A DNA stretch of 62,690 bases, filler included, from Rhabdomonas costata (Eukaryota): assembly GCA_019059605.1 (NCBI GenBank). It is 28 parts of 28 records of this genome, joined end to end, with 100 filler letters (N's around TTAATTAATTAA, not from the genome) between each part and the next. Parts side by side here need not be neighbours in the genome. Positions count along the whole stretch, not along the records: positions 11,216 to 13,390 come from JAHMHO010005320.1; positions 13,491 to 15,632 come from JAHMHO010005321.1; positions 15,733 to 17,874 come from JAHMHO010005322.1; positions 17,975 to 20,116 come from JAHMHO010005323.1; positions 20,217 to 22,358 come from JAHMHO010005324.1; positions 22,459 to 24,599 come from JAHMHO010005325.1; positions 24,700 to 26,840 come from JAHMHO010005326.1; 21 more parts are not named here. One strand, 5' to 3'. The position numbers and the translations under genes were made by a program. Shown here in pieces: positions 12,141 through 24,939 of the stretch; the stretch's first letter is position 1; every line of letters starts with the position of its first letter. Below the pieces are notes generated by a model, which was given only the letters and a program-made list of their open reading frames with translations, did not search any database and was not told the origin of the DNA.

Positions 12141-13390
12141 CGTGAGCACAAGGCTCCGCGTGCCATCTGGATTGAGGGTCACTTGCGGAAGCCAACCCTG
12201 CGTGAGAAGGCTCTCAATCAGCCCGAAGCTAAAATCAAAATGGAATGCTGTGCACCCCCCCCCCAACATCAAAACCATTTGGCACTCCTTCAGCAGTGTA
12301 CCTTTTTTTAAGGCTCCTTTCATTGCTCATGTTGACACTTCATGATGTCCTGGAGCTCTGCAGTGACGAAGCAAAGCTCCGAGAGTGGTTAAGGGGTTAT
12401 GGAGTTCTCCGAGAGCCCCCTGGATCAGGATATTTCATCTCGCATGGGGGTTCGGAGGCGATGCAGGTGTCCCCTAAAGAAAGGTACACTGCTGAAGGTA
12501 TGCCAATCATTTATACATGATGAGGTGCGGTGCCGCCTGCCTTTGTGTCACATCGTGCTGTTGCAAAGTCCAAAGTGATACAATTATTCCCGAGAAACTT
12601 GGGAATCCCCTGCTACCCCGTCATCTTTAGGTGCCCGTGGAGCGGATAAGGCAGGTCCATGTGCCATACCCCGTGGAGCAGGTGGTCACCCAGGCCGTGC
12701 CCGTGCCTGTGGAGCACATCGTCACAAGGGACGTGGTAGTGCCCGTCCCAGTGCAGAAAACGGTGCGCGACTGCTTCCACCTGCACCCACCGCTCTGAAC
12801 CGCACGCCACACTTCCCCTTCGTTTTCCCATTTCCTTCCCTCAGATCAATGCGGCAAAGGTGGTTTTGGGGTGGTTTTAGGTTCTCGCTTGAAAGCCTGA
12901 CATTCTCCTTTTCAAAACCACAAAAAGTCACAACTCGAAAAGAGTATGTAAATCAGACATTTTTGGACTTTCAAGCTAAAAGGGGTGGTGACAAATCTGG
13001 TTCTTACTTGTAGTTTTCTTCTTCTTTTTGGCCTGTTGTTTGAGGGTTTACCCCTACCTCTGACTTTTGATAGGATACGGGCCACATTAAAGTGAGTTCT
13101 CTTTTTTTGTGGTCATTTTATCTGCACCTCTGCACCTTTTCTTTTACTCCGGTTTGAACTTAGTATATTGGTGTTCAGCAGCAGCAGCAACATACCCGAC
13201 GAAGTTTGCAATTCATACCAATCAGTCACAGATGCACGAGGCAGAGAAGCCAGAGCTCACCCCAAGAAGTAACATCACAGGGGGCGAGCGAATGGCAAAG
13301 CCTCTGTTTTGTGTTTCTACTCTCAGGTGGTGCACACGATTCCCGTAGCACAGCCCTTCACCCGGGAGGTAGTGATCCACGAGCCACCAC
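11803..13390 (+). CDS. Articulin/alveolin-like VPV-repeat membrane-skeleton protein (partial)
   Basis: Exons 11803-11945, 12631-12762 and 13327-13390 splice in frame to ...EHIVPVEKVVTRQVPYPVERVV...QVQ|VPVERIRQVHVPYPVEQVVTQAVPVPVEHIVTRDVVVPVPVQKT|VVHTIPV, a ~12-aa VPxPVE repeat. Confidence 0.85.
12063..12136. repeat. Compound (TGAG)n/(TAAG)n/(GT)n microsatellite in an intron
   Basis: Seen directly. Confidence 0.95.
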
Positions 13391-13898
13391 NNNNNNNNNN
13401 NNNNNNNNNNNNNNNNNNNNNNNNNNNNNNNNNNTTAATTAATTAANNNNNNNNNNNNNNNNNNNNNNNNNNNNNNNNNNNNNNNNNNNNATGGTAGAGG
13501 TGATGTTGGTAGAGTTGAAGCGTAAGGGCTAAGGTACGCTGATGCTAAGGTTGATGCTAAGGGAACTGGGGGCGGGAGTTGTGACTGAATTTGCGACAGG
13601 GGTGCCAGGGCAGATACAGGGAGCCACTACCGCAAAGATGTAACCATATTAGAAAAGACGTTGCCCCAGCAAACAATATTAAACGAGGGCGGAGTTCACT
13701 GCCTTGCATTGCCAACGGAGGAGGCCCCAGAGAGCTCCGAAAACCAATGACAAACGAGTCTTTTCATTCGTTTTGGAATGGGCTTTCATTGGAGCGGAAT
13801 CAATCAGTGGTAAGGATGTGGCCATTAGAGGGTTGGGGTGAGGAGGCTTATGATGAGCTCACGCACAACACACAGAGCACAGGAACATAGGGTCGCAC

Positions 13899-14895
13899 CA
13901 GATCCGTGCCCCCAGGACTAAGCTCTACGGACATCACCGGCGCGGAGTGGCCCTCCAGCACTGCAATATCCCTCTGGGAGCTCCACTCCGCGACCCGCGC
14001 CAGGCCGTCCGCGGACCCCGTAGCGAGCACCCGCGGGTCCACGCCCGAGGGGCCACCGCCCCCAGAGCTCACGCTCATCACCGTGTCGAGGTGTCCGCGG
14101 AGCTCCGCGAGTGGGGCCCCCCGGAGGTCAAAGACACGAGCCCTGGAGTCGCTGGTCCCCGTGGCGACATGAAGGCCCGAGGGTGAGAAGGCTGCTGCCC
14201 AAACCTGTGCGGGTGAAGGGGCGAAGCCAAGGGCGAAGACAAGCGAGACAAGGGCGTGTTAGATGTGGAACAATCCCAGTTGATCCCGGTCACCACAAAC
14301 CCACTTTGTGTGAAGAAGTATGGAAATGGTCTATTTGCATTACTTCCAATAACTGCAGCTTTTAGTCCACTTGTGCTGTTTCCTTTGTCCTCTTTCCACT
14401 TTGTCTGTCCACCCAGAAACAACCCATTCTCCATCAAAGCTGTGGGACTGAATGGAGTTAGCGCTAGCTAGCGCTGCGGGGGGGGATATTCTGAGAGAAG
14501 ACAAAAACCCTTCAGCCCTGCATCATCACGACGCGATTAATGGATGCAAATAACGCAGCAGCCCGTTTTCTGCCGCACCGACATTACCATCCAAACAAAA
14601 ACAGCCCAAAACGCGGGGTAAATAAATGCAGGCATAATGAGGAGCCAAAAAGAATGCGCCCACCCACCACCCACCGAGCAGGGATGATGGACGGTCACGG
14701 TGGCGGCGCCCGATGAGGAATCCCACAAGATGGCAGCCCCGTCCACACCCCCGGAGAGGATGAGGCGCCCGTCTGGGCTACAGTGGCACCCTCGGACTTC
14801 GCCGGAGTGCCCCCGCAATACCAGCACCGCCGCCCCAGAGGTCGTGCTCCACACCCTCACCGTGTGGTCAGCAGAGGCGGAAACAATGCACTGAC
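13899..14895 (-). CDS. WD40-repeat protein (partial)
   Basis: Exons 14895-14675 (IVSASADHTVRVW...LRGHSGEVRGCHCSPDGRLILSGGVDGAAILWD) and 14204-13899 (AFSPSGLHVATGTSDSRARVFD...LRGH...LATGSADG...LEGH), joined GT-AG in phase. Confidence 0.93.
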
Positions 14896-15803
14896 CTTGG
14901 GAGAACCCCACCCACGCCAACAAACAAGACTGCCAGAGAAGAACGGCTGGGGCATTGACTAAGGCACAGAGAAGAGGCGCTCACTCACTCACTCATTCAC
15001 ACAATCACACTCATTCGTAAAACCAACTGGTGTGTACAATGATAACACAGTGGGCAGCTTATGCCAAAGGACTGCAAGCAGCGAAGTAAGGTTGCATGTG
15101 AATTCCTTCCGTTCATTTTGTCGGGTTCAACACCAAAGGCCAAGAACCCGCCCGAATCTTGCTTTTGTTTGTTCATTATGGAATTGGGCGATGCGCAAAA
15201 AAGTCCCCCTTCCACCCCAACCAAAGCAACCCGAGGCACGACAAGTCTATCTCTAGAGATGATCTGATGATTTCTGTGCCTGGTCCTCCGGCTCCGGTGC
15301 CAGGGGCCCCCTTTGGGCAGTCATCCACCGAAATTCCGAAGAAAGGTGGGTTACGGTGTTGTCTTTCGCGCGCCCCGTCTCCCATCACCCCGCTGTCATG
15401 CTCTCATCAACAAGACTGTGTGACTGGACTGTCGCCGCCCACGTTTATTTTGTGATTCTCTGCGTTTAATACTGTGATCGGAAATAGAGACCGCTTTTGC
15501 GGGTTCCCCACCTGGCTCGTTTTTATTCCAGGTGCTTCAACCAAGCTCGCAGTAAGGGCCGGGGGTGCGACGACCCAAAGCGAGCTCCAAAAAAAAAAAG
15601 AAGAAGCCCCCTTTAAAGAACTCCCAAAAAAANNNNNNNNNNNNNNNNNNNNNNNNNNNNNNNNNNNNNNNNNNNNTTAATTAATTAANNNNNNNNNNNN
15701 NNNNNNNNNNNNNNNNNNNNNNNNNNNNNNNNTGGTTTGCAACGTGCATAGACAGTTACTACTATCTAGTAGATAGTAGTAACTGTCTATGCACGTTGCA
15801 AAC

Positions 15804-17504
15804 CTCGACCTTCTTCCCCAAAATGGTATGGTACTGGGCTCCACATGCTCGATCCGCCTGCTCCATGGTGGCGAACAGCACAAATCCAAAGCCACGCTGC
15901 TTGCCCGTATCCCTCTCCGTGATGACCTAGATACACAGCAGCAGAACACCGTGACAAACAATTGGATGGTGCAATGTCAACCTCAAGGCCCCCACAACGC
16001 AAAGAACACAGAAACTTCCACCCTTCCTTGCATTGCACGCAAAGAATCCAACCTTCGCGGCCAGCACTTCACCGTACTGCTGAAAATGGGCCTCCAAGTC
16101 CTTGTCCGAGCAATTGGGAAGTCCACCCACAAAAACTCGATTATCTGCGAGCGAGAAAATGCTCCAAACCCCCGTAGCATTTCCCACTTCAATTGCGCCG
16201 CTGTTTCCTCCCCCTCCCAAACACAACGGTCAGTATGACCTTCAGCAGACAAAACTGAACTCAAAGTACCCTGTAAGAGTGTAGGCACGCCCATGAGGGG
16301 TCGCGCGGTGGGATCAAAGGCAAGAGTGGCAGTTAGGCGTTAAATCCGTGAAATCTGATGAATTGAATGTTCAGGATTGCACGAATTTCAAAATTCCTTG
16401 TGAACCTAAAAGGCTTCAATTCAATTTCTTTTTGAAGCAAGAAAAGCACCCCACTGTGCAACAACAATTCAGTGAAACGAAAAATTCAACGTCACTGAAT
16501 TCAAACTTCAAAGTAATCTTCTTGAAACGGAGAGGGATAATCCACGGAATTAAATTCAACTTCAGCCACGAGTTTCCCAAATAAAAAAACACGAAATACT
16601 CCAAGTGCTCACTTTAAAGCTCAGGCCGAAAAGTACAGGGTTCAAAGCAACCCTAACCCGCTGAAAAACGAAGGCATAAGACCCGTGCCGAAAAAGACGC
16701 TGTCGGACAAAGTATGAGGCTTCGTCCAAAAAATGTAAGACGTATGAATTCGGACAAAAACTTACACAATGAAAGTCTTTCAGTCTTAAAGTTTTCTGAA
16801 AAAGTCTTATATTTAGTGCGACCCGACTGTAATTAAAGAACGTTGAAAAAAGCGTGCTCACTGTCTCCGACAGCAAAAGAAGCATACTTGCATTTGACGG
16901 AGCGGCGGCATTCGGAGCAGCCGAGCGGCTGGGTTTGGGAGTTGTTCCCCCTGATTCAGAATCAGCTATACGAACGGTGACGGTCCGGTCCCGAAAGGGC
17001 CTGGAGTCAATGGAGCAGAGTTGTTTGGCCTCTTCCTCGTTATCAAAGCACAAGAAGCCGAAGCCTCGACCCCGACCTGTTTGAAAGCAATTATGAAGCG
17101 TTTTATTGATGGCATTCCGGTTTGTAGTGTAGGAAGCGGAGCAACCAGACGCAGGCACTGAACCACTGTCCGCCTTCTGGACATCGTTCGAGTGCACCGT
17201 TCAAAAAAAGCACTGTACAGTTCACCAACACATATTTCAACAGCTGAAACACGAGTGCTTCTGATGAGCACAACTTATAGAAAATGCGGAAACAACCCGT
17301 TGCGGCATCTCTGAGGACACGGGCGGCGTTGATTTTGCCGAAGGAAGAGAAAGTCTCCACCAGTTCCTTCTGGGTAGTGTCCACTGGAATTCCACCAACA
17401 AAAACTCTGATCCCGGGACCACTTTGTGGAAGCAAAAGGTCCTCAGCTGCTGGCAACCCTTGAGTCAACCCAGCAGGCAGCACCACCATGGGAACACTGG
17501 ACAT
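15804..17504 (-). CDS. Multi-RRM RNA-binding protein, hnRNP A/Musashi-like (partial)
   Basis: RRM1: RVFVGGIP...RDAATG|RGRGFGFLCF. RRM2: RVFVGGLP...QQYGEVLAAK|VITERDTGKQRGFGFVLF...ILGKKVE. RNP2 and RNP1 motifs are split by GT-AG introns. Confidence 0.92.
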
Positions 17505-18093
17505 CTCCCGCACCGAAGCCGAGCGAAATCCCAGCAACAAAAAGCGGGCAACAGCGAAATGAAAGCTGCAAATAAGAAAAACAATAGATGTTGACAAAAA
17601 ACGACCATTGTTCGGCTCAAAGAGGCAGGGATGATTAAAGCAGCATTAGGGGATTCCGAAATACAGAGGAAAATAGGGGCTTGATTTGTCAGCAACCCCT
17701 CCTTATAGCGGTGAAGTAAAAATTTTACCTAAACATTATTGTGAACGCTATAAAAGTTCTTTCGGTAACCCCATAGATTTTTTGTCAAATTTTATAGCAT
17801 TGTATAAACGAAGCTATTCACCCACGTTTTTCCGTTTCGTCCCCTGCCGTTTTGAACTATACTTCACCAAAACANNNNNNNNNNNNNNNNNNNNNNNNNN
17901 NNNNNNNNNNNNNNNNNNTTAATTAATTAANNNNNNNNNNNNNNNNNNNNNNNNNNNNNNNNNNNNNNNNNNNNTGTTTTTGTGTTGCTTCAACCGGTTC
18001 GCAGTCGGCTGAGTTTTTTCGCCCCTTGTTTGGTTGCCTTCTTGGTCGCCTTTGCTCAGTTTTCTTTGTCTTTGCTCGTGGGTCATCGTGCAG

Positions 18094-19728
<1,635 letters not shown>

Positions 19729-20216
19729 GTATTGTTTTCTTATTCTTTCCCAAATGGCGGCACGCACAACTCATTTACAACTCACCCCATTTTGCGCCAA
19801 TGTAATTCAGTTGTTTTCTGTTGTGTTGGTCATCGCTCGTGATTTGGTCTCCTGCTTTGCTCATTTTCTCATTTCACGTTGCCTCGTTTCATTGTGATAG
19901 GAGATAGCCCTTCTGGTATTGGGCCCAGCCCCATCGGCACCACATGGGTTGGCCAGCAGTCAGTCACTGACCTTCCTTGAACCTAACAACTCGTTCGCGG
20001 TCCGGGGGAGGAGAATTGTGAGGTGGTTTGGTTTTTGTGGATGTATTCAAGCGTTGGGCATTAGCACGTAGCCCAGTCCAATTTCCTCTGGTCCATCCTT
20101 TGCTCAGATACTGCCCNNNNNNNNNNNNNNNNNNNNNNNNNNNNNNNNNNNNNNNNNNNNTTAATTAATTAANNNNNNNNNNNNNNNNNNNNNNNNNNNN
20201 NNNNNNNNNNNNNNNN

Positions 20217-20615
20217 GTGATGTGGCTGGTGGACCAGCGCACCACGGGCTACAACATGCCCGCAAGCAACGCCCTCGTCGACGACAACACCTTCAGCCAC
20301 ACGGCGCCACCGGTGGGCCCCATTACAGCCTCCTCCACCCCTTGCATGCGGCTGGTTCCCAAAGCGTCGCACCCTGTTGGGATTGTTGCGGTGCATCTGT
20401 TCAACCGCCCCGACTGCTGCCAGCACCGCCTGGCTGACATCGTTCTCAGCCTTTGGGTATTCCATTCACTTGCCTATATCCTGTCCCTGTGCTTGCATCC
20501 TGGAAAACTAACCTGTAGGGTTTGTGGGATTCCGTAGGTCTTGGTTGCTATGGTCTTTTGTCCCCATGTCTCTCTGCATACACGACTCATACCTTTCCAT
20601 TCGACACGCTCCGGC

Positions 20616-20674
<59 letters not shown>

Positions 20675-22358
20675 GACGCATAAGTGGACACGCGTTCACT
20701 TTAGCTCGCCGTTACTTCGCAACAATTATTTCTTTCACTGTCGCTTTGTGCTTGCTCTGTGATTGGTTTGATGCCCAGTTGTTCTTTTTTGCACACCTTT
20801 CTGTTGAAAACCACGTACCACGTCTTTCTGCGACACGCACTCCATTCTCCTCTTCGTTTCTGTAGCTTTTAATGTCTTTCGAGTTTATATTGCCAAACAC
20901 CTGTTTATTGCTCTAATTGCTCACCCTTTTTCTTCTCTGAACTCCGAACACGTTTGCTGTCCCATTTTATTTTGTAGGATTCTCCGTCGAGCTGCTATTG
21001 GGAGTCCCCTGTGCACAACCCCGGCAATGCCCTCGGATTTCCGACAGTAGCTCCCATCGCAGGTGAGCATCGAGCAAATTTTTTGAATGTAATTGCTGCT
21101 CCTTTCGTAAAACTTTTTCCACGTTGATTTCCCTTCGACAGATGCCAACATTTACGTCGTTATGCCCGCGGAGATTCAAGCCCGGTCGGTCGCGATGCTC
21201 CAGATCGAACGGCGGTGTAGCCCTTCGATTCCTCCGGAAGACCATGTTCTCAGCTTGCGGTTTGTCCGAGTTGAAACCCGGCCAGCCCTACCCTGCGGGC
21301 CGCCAGCGGAGGTTTCCGCGCTTGCACCATCGGTAGACTTTGTCTGGGAAAACTGTAAGGAGGATTCTGATGCAGAATGGAACCCGTACTCCGCGGAGCT
21401 CCAGCCGGAACTTGAGAGGTGCTTTGGAGAGAAACAGTCCTTCCGGTTTTCTGTGGGCTCGGAGCGATTTGTTGTTGACTTTGGCACTATGAGGCAGTAC
21501 AATCAGGCTGACCCATCCCGTATTCGATATATCCGCCGTCGAGAGGCCATGGCCTCAGATAGCAGCAAAGCCAAAGGAAGCGGGAGCAGCACCTCCTCCT
21601 CCTCCTCTGAAGAGGGTCCACCCTTGCGGATTTCCTCCGGCCCATGCCCCAGCGCGCGGTCGGTCTTCTTGAGTGAGCAAGTGCGGCAACTTGGGCGGCA
21701 GTTTCCGGCACTGTCGGAATATGAGCTTGACGAAAAGGCAGAAGAGCTGTGGAAAGCTTTGGATGTCAAAGGTAAAAAGGTTCTCATGGAGAAGGCGCAG
21801 ACGCTCCTTGAGCAGAAAGCGAAGGTTCATTGCCCTTCTTGTTTGAACTCGAGCTGCTGTGTCCATGTGCCCTTGCCCTTGCGTTTCGCTGCCTTTTTTA
21901 CAGGCCGCTTCGTCGGGGTTGAGCACTGGCCTGGGCAAGGCAACTGTGAAGGTCGGTCTTTCTCCTTTTCTTTCGTTCTACGGCTCCATTTGGTGTGAAG
22001 AATGTCATGCAATTGAGTGCAATTGCTTGGGATGGGACACCTTGCTGGCAGATTCCAACAAGCACGAGCTGCGAATGATGTCAGCAAGTGCCACCGTTCG
22101 GTCAAGTCATTGGCTCCCAGCTCCCAACGCAGCTCCCGATTATTTGCGAAACCCTTGCTGACTATTTGTATGAATACTCAGCCACACTTTTTGTGTGTTT
22201 GATGGCATCACCGCGACCTCTCGTTGTCGACCCACCCTTCTATTGCGCTCAGGAGCTTCAGTGCTTTCTGCGGGAAGTGTACCTGCCAGTGACTGGCTCC
22301 AAAGCCGCCCTCCTCGACCGCGTCACTGAAGCGCTACAGCACGGCCTCCCCACACCAC
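20217..22358 (+). CDS. Multidomain protein: F-type-lectin-like + WWE + HMG-box-like + SAP (partial at both ends)
   Basis: Exons 20217-20456, 20978-21062, 21142-21824, 21904-21951 and 22253-22358 join in phase by GT-AG. Motifs: FSHT...VHLFNRPDCCQHRL...LSLRFVRVE; VWE...WNPYSAELQPELE...FVVDFGTMRQYN...RYIRRR; PSARSVFLSEQVRQL...FPALS...AEELWKALD...EKA; LGKATVK|ELQCFLREVYLPVTGSKAALLDRV. Confidence 0.8.
20615..20672. repeat. (CAGA)n microsatellite in an intron
   Basis: About 14 perfect units. Confidence 0.95.
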
Positions 22359-23508
22359 NNNNNNNNNNNNNNNNNNNNNNNNNNNNNNNNNNNNNNNNNN
22401 NNTTAATTAATTAANNNNNNNNNNNNNNNNNNNNNNNNNNNNNNNNNNNNNNNNNNNNTGTGGGTTGCTCTGAGCGCCCTTGGGGTCCCGCTGGGCTCGG
22501 GCTCATCCCCCATCCCGGGCTCGCGGTCGGCAATCCCGCTCACAGTTCGCACCAGCGAGACCCCAAGGGCGCCCAGAGCAAGCCACACCATCACAGCGCA
22601 CGCCACTCGACGCACTGTAGCGTGGGCCCTCAGACGGTGGGACCAACCGTCACTCATTCTTCCAACGAAAAGTCACTGATGGTTGCTGCTCGCAGGCCAG
22701 CGACAGGTTGGTGGGCGATGACCCAAAAGAAAATGCAACAGTCTTTTTCTGCCCGGGACCAGAAAAAAAAGAGTTTCGATGGCAACTGTGTTAAAGTGGG
22801 TTCAACAAGCAGCCCCCATGCTGTGATGAAAAAAGAAATAAGGAAGAAATTTGGGGAAGTCTGCCGCGCATCAGCTGCTCGAAAAGAGTCCTGGAACACT
22901 AGTAAAGAACCGGACGATCGAGATTAAGCGACACGAAATGGAAATTCCAAAATAAGGAAAGCTGCGCTGAAACGCCAAAATGGATGAAGAGCCGAGCCAA
23001 AAAGAACAACACGGGTACCGGTGAAATCAACAGTTCACACGGTTGGCAAAGAAAAACCGTGCGGCTGTCCTTCAATTGCATGCAAGGCAGCTGCAAAAGT
23101 CGCACAGAAAACGGTGGAAGGAGACGTTGACGAGTTTCTGGGAGGGGAAAAAACAGGAAAGACATCATCCAGGAGGGAAGCTCCCCAACCCCTGCCACAT
23201 CCTGTCTTAGGGCATCCATGCGCTGTTTCCCACCCCGCGGATCAATCCAGCGAGGCCCTGGTTCACGCTCTCCAAGCAAGACAATGCACAGCAAAACACA
23301 GCAACACATGGCAATGCAGGGGATGAGATGCGGACGCAAATAGAGAAGCGAGGCCAGGGACCTGAATTTTCTGAGCGCGCCTTGCGCAGGGTCTACCACC
23401 GACCCAATGGCAAGTGCAGAAAAATCACGGCAGAAAACGCACAGGTGCGGCGGATCAGATTATGGAACTCTTGCAGTGCACCCAGGAGTGAGGAGAAGAC
23501 GCGCAGAC

Positions 23509-24577
23509 TCATGGGCTCTGCGCCGTCTGGGCTGCGCCGTTGGGTGGGGGCGCCAGAGCTGGAGGAAGCGAGACGCTCGCCCCGTCCAGCGAGCAAGGCG
23601 TCGCTAGGGGGTTGAAGCTGACCGGGGGGCTTCCCGGCGCGAGCTCATTCTCCGCGGAGAGGTGCCGAGTGACGTAGTCGTAGGCCTCGTCGACGGAGTC
23701 CGTGATGAACAGCGCGTCCACGTCAGCGTGGGTGATCACGCCCAGCTCTGCCATGTGCCTCCAGTTTACGACCTGTGAAAGAAAAAAGGGAGTGGGTTAA
23801 CCAAGCGACAGAGATAAAGAGAGACGGTTAGCAAAAAAAAAAAACAACTGTAAACGAAACGGTTGTTGTTTTAGCGCTACCCAAAGCCACGATAGAGTCC
23901 CTCCTACCCCCCCTCTATTTGGCACAGCCCGTGGGACTTCGCGTGCTACTGCAAAAATAGGTAAAGAAAGGGAGGTTGCCACCTCCCTCCCCACCTAAGG
24001 ATACGGAAATAATGCCATGTGTCATCAAGATATTCTTATGAATCTAATAGGCGCACGCGAAGGGAAACTTCTTTGCGGTGGTCGCGGTTCGAGCCTTTCG
24101 TTACCTCCCGTTTCTCACCCACGATTTTCGTGCGCTTATGTGGACGCGTGGCCACTGAGCTGTGTCTGTTGAAAAAAGAAAAGCCCACCTTTTCCCAGTA
24201 GGACTTCCCGACGAGCACGATGGGGACATTGCCGTGGAGCTTTCCGGTCTGCTTGGGAGTGCACGTCTGAGCAAGGAAAATGAAGATAAAGGACGAGCGC
24301 AAGGGGGAGGGAAAGCCAAACATTCGAATTTATGGAGCACTGTTTTGTATTGAAAAGGAAACCACTTCTCCACTTCACCTCGAACAAAATATGATACACA
24401 CGACATAGAACAATGAAAAAATAGGAGTAGTCGGCACATTCGGTTGGACAAAGGATCTGTCACAGCAGCATGACGAGCCCAGGTTAAGTCTCTACATGTC
24501 CAAAAAAGCACCCCCCCCAAAAAAAACCAAGGGGAGTTAAATGCCTCGAACATCTCATCAAACGTCCCAAAGCCCCC
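23509..24577 (-). CDS. LOG-family (lysine-decarboxylase-like fold) nucleotide phosphoribohydrolase, C-terminal part
   Basis: GGFGTFDEMFE | TCTPKQTGKLHGNVPIVLVGKSYWEK (24266-24189) | VVNWRHMAELGVITHADVDALFITDSVDEAYDYV...stop (23772-23509). Matches the PGGxGTxDE and QTGK...PIVL..YW pattern. Confidence 0.9.
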
Positions 24578-24939
24578 CCAACCCAAACACACCCACCACN
24601 NNNNNNNNNNNNNNNNNNNNNNNNNNNNNNNNNNNNNNNNNNNTTAATTAATTAANNNNNNNNNNNNNNNNNNNNNNNNNNNNNNNNNNNNNNNNNNNNC
24701 GCGAAGAGAAAAATATGACATGTGTGTGTGGTGTGGGGATTCGGCTCTACTGTATTTTCGTACTTGGCACTGAAAGAACCCCCTGGGACTCCAACAGTGG
24801 AGGTTGGAGGGCGGTTGCAAACGGAGGTTGCGCTCCGCAGCCAAAGAGATCCTGGGTGTTTTTCGTGAGCGGGGAGGAGTTTTTCTGGTGATGTATGTCC
24901 GGAGTGGACCAAGCTGTACACGTACGAAATGTGGATTAC

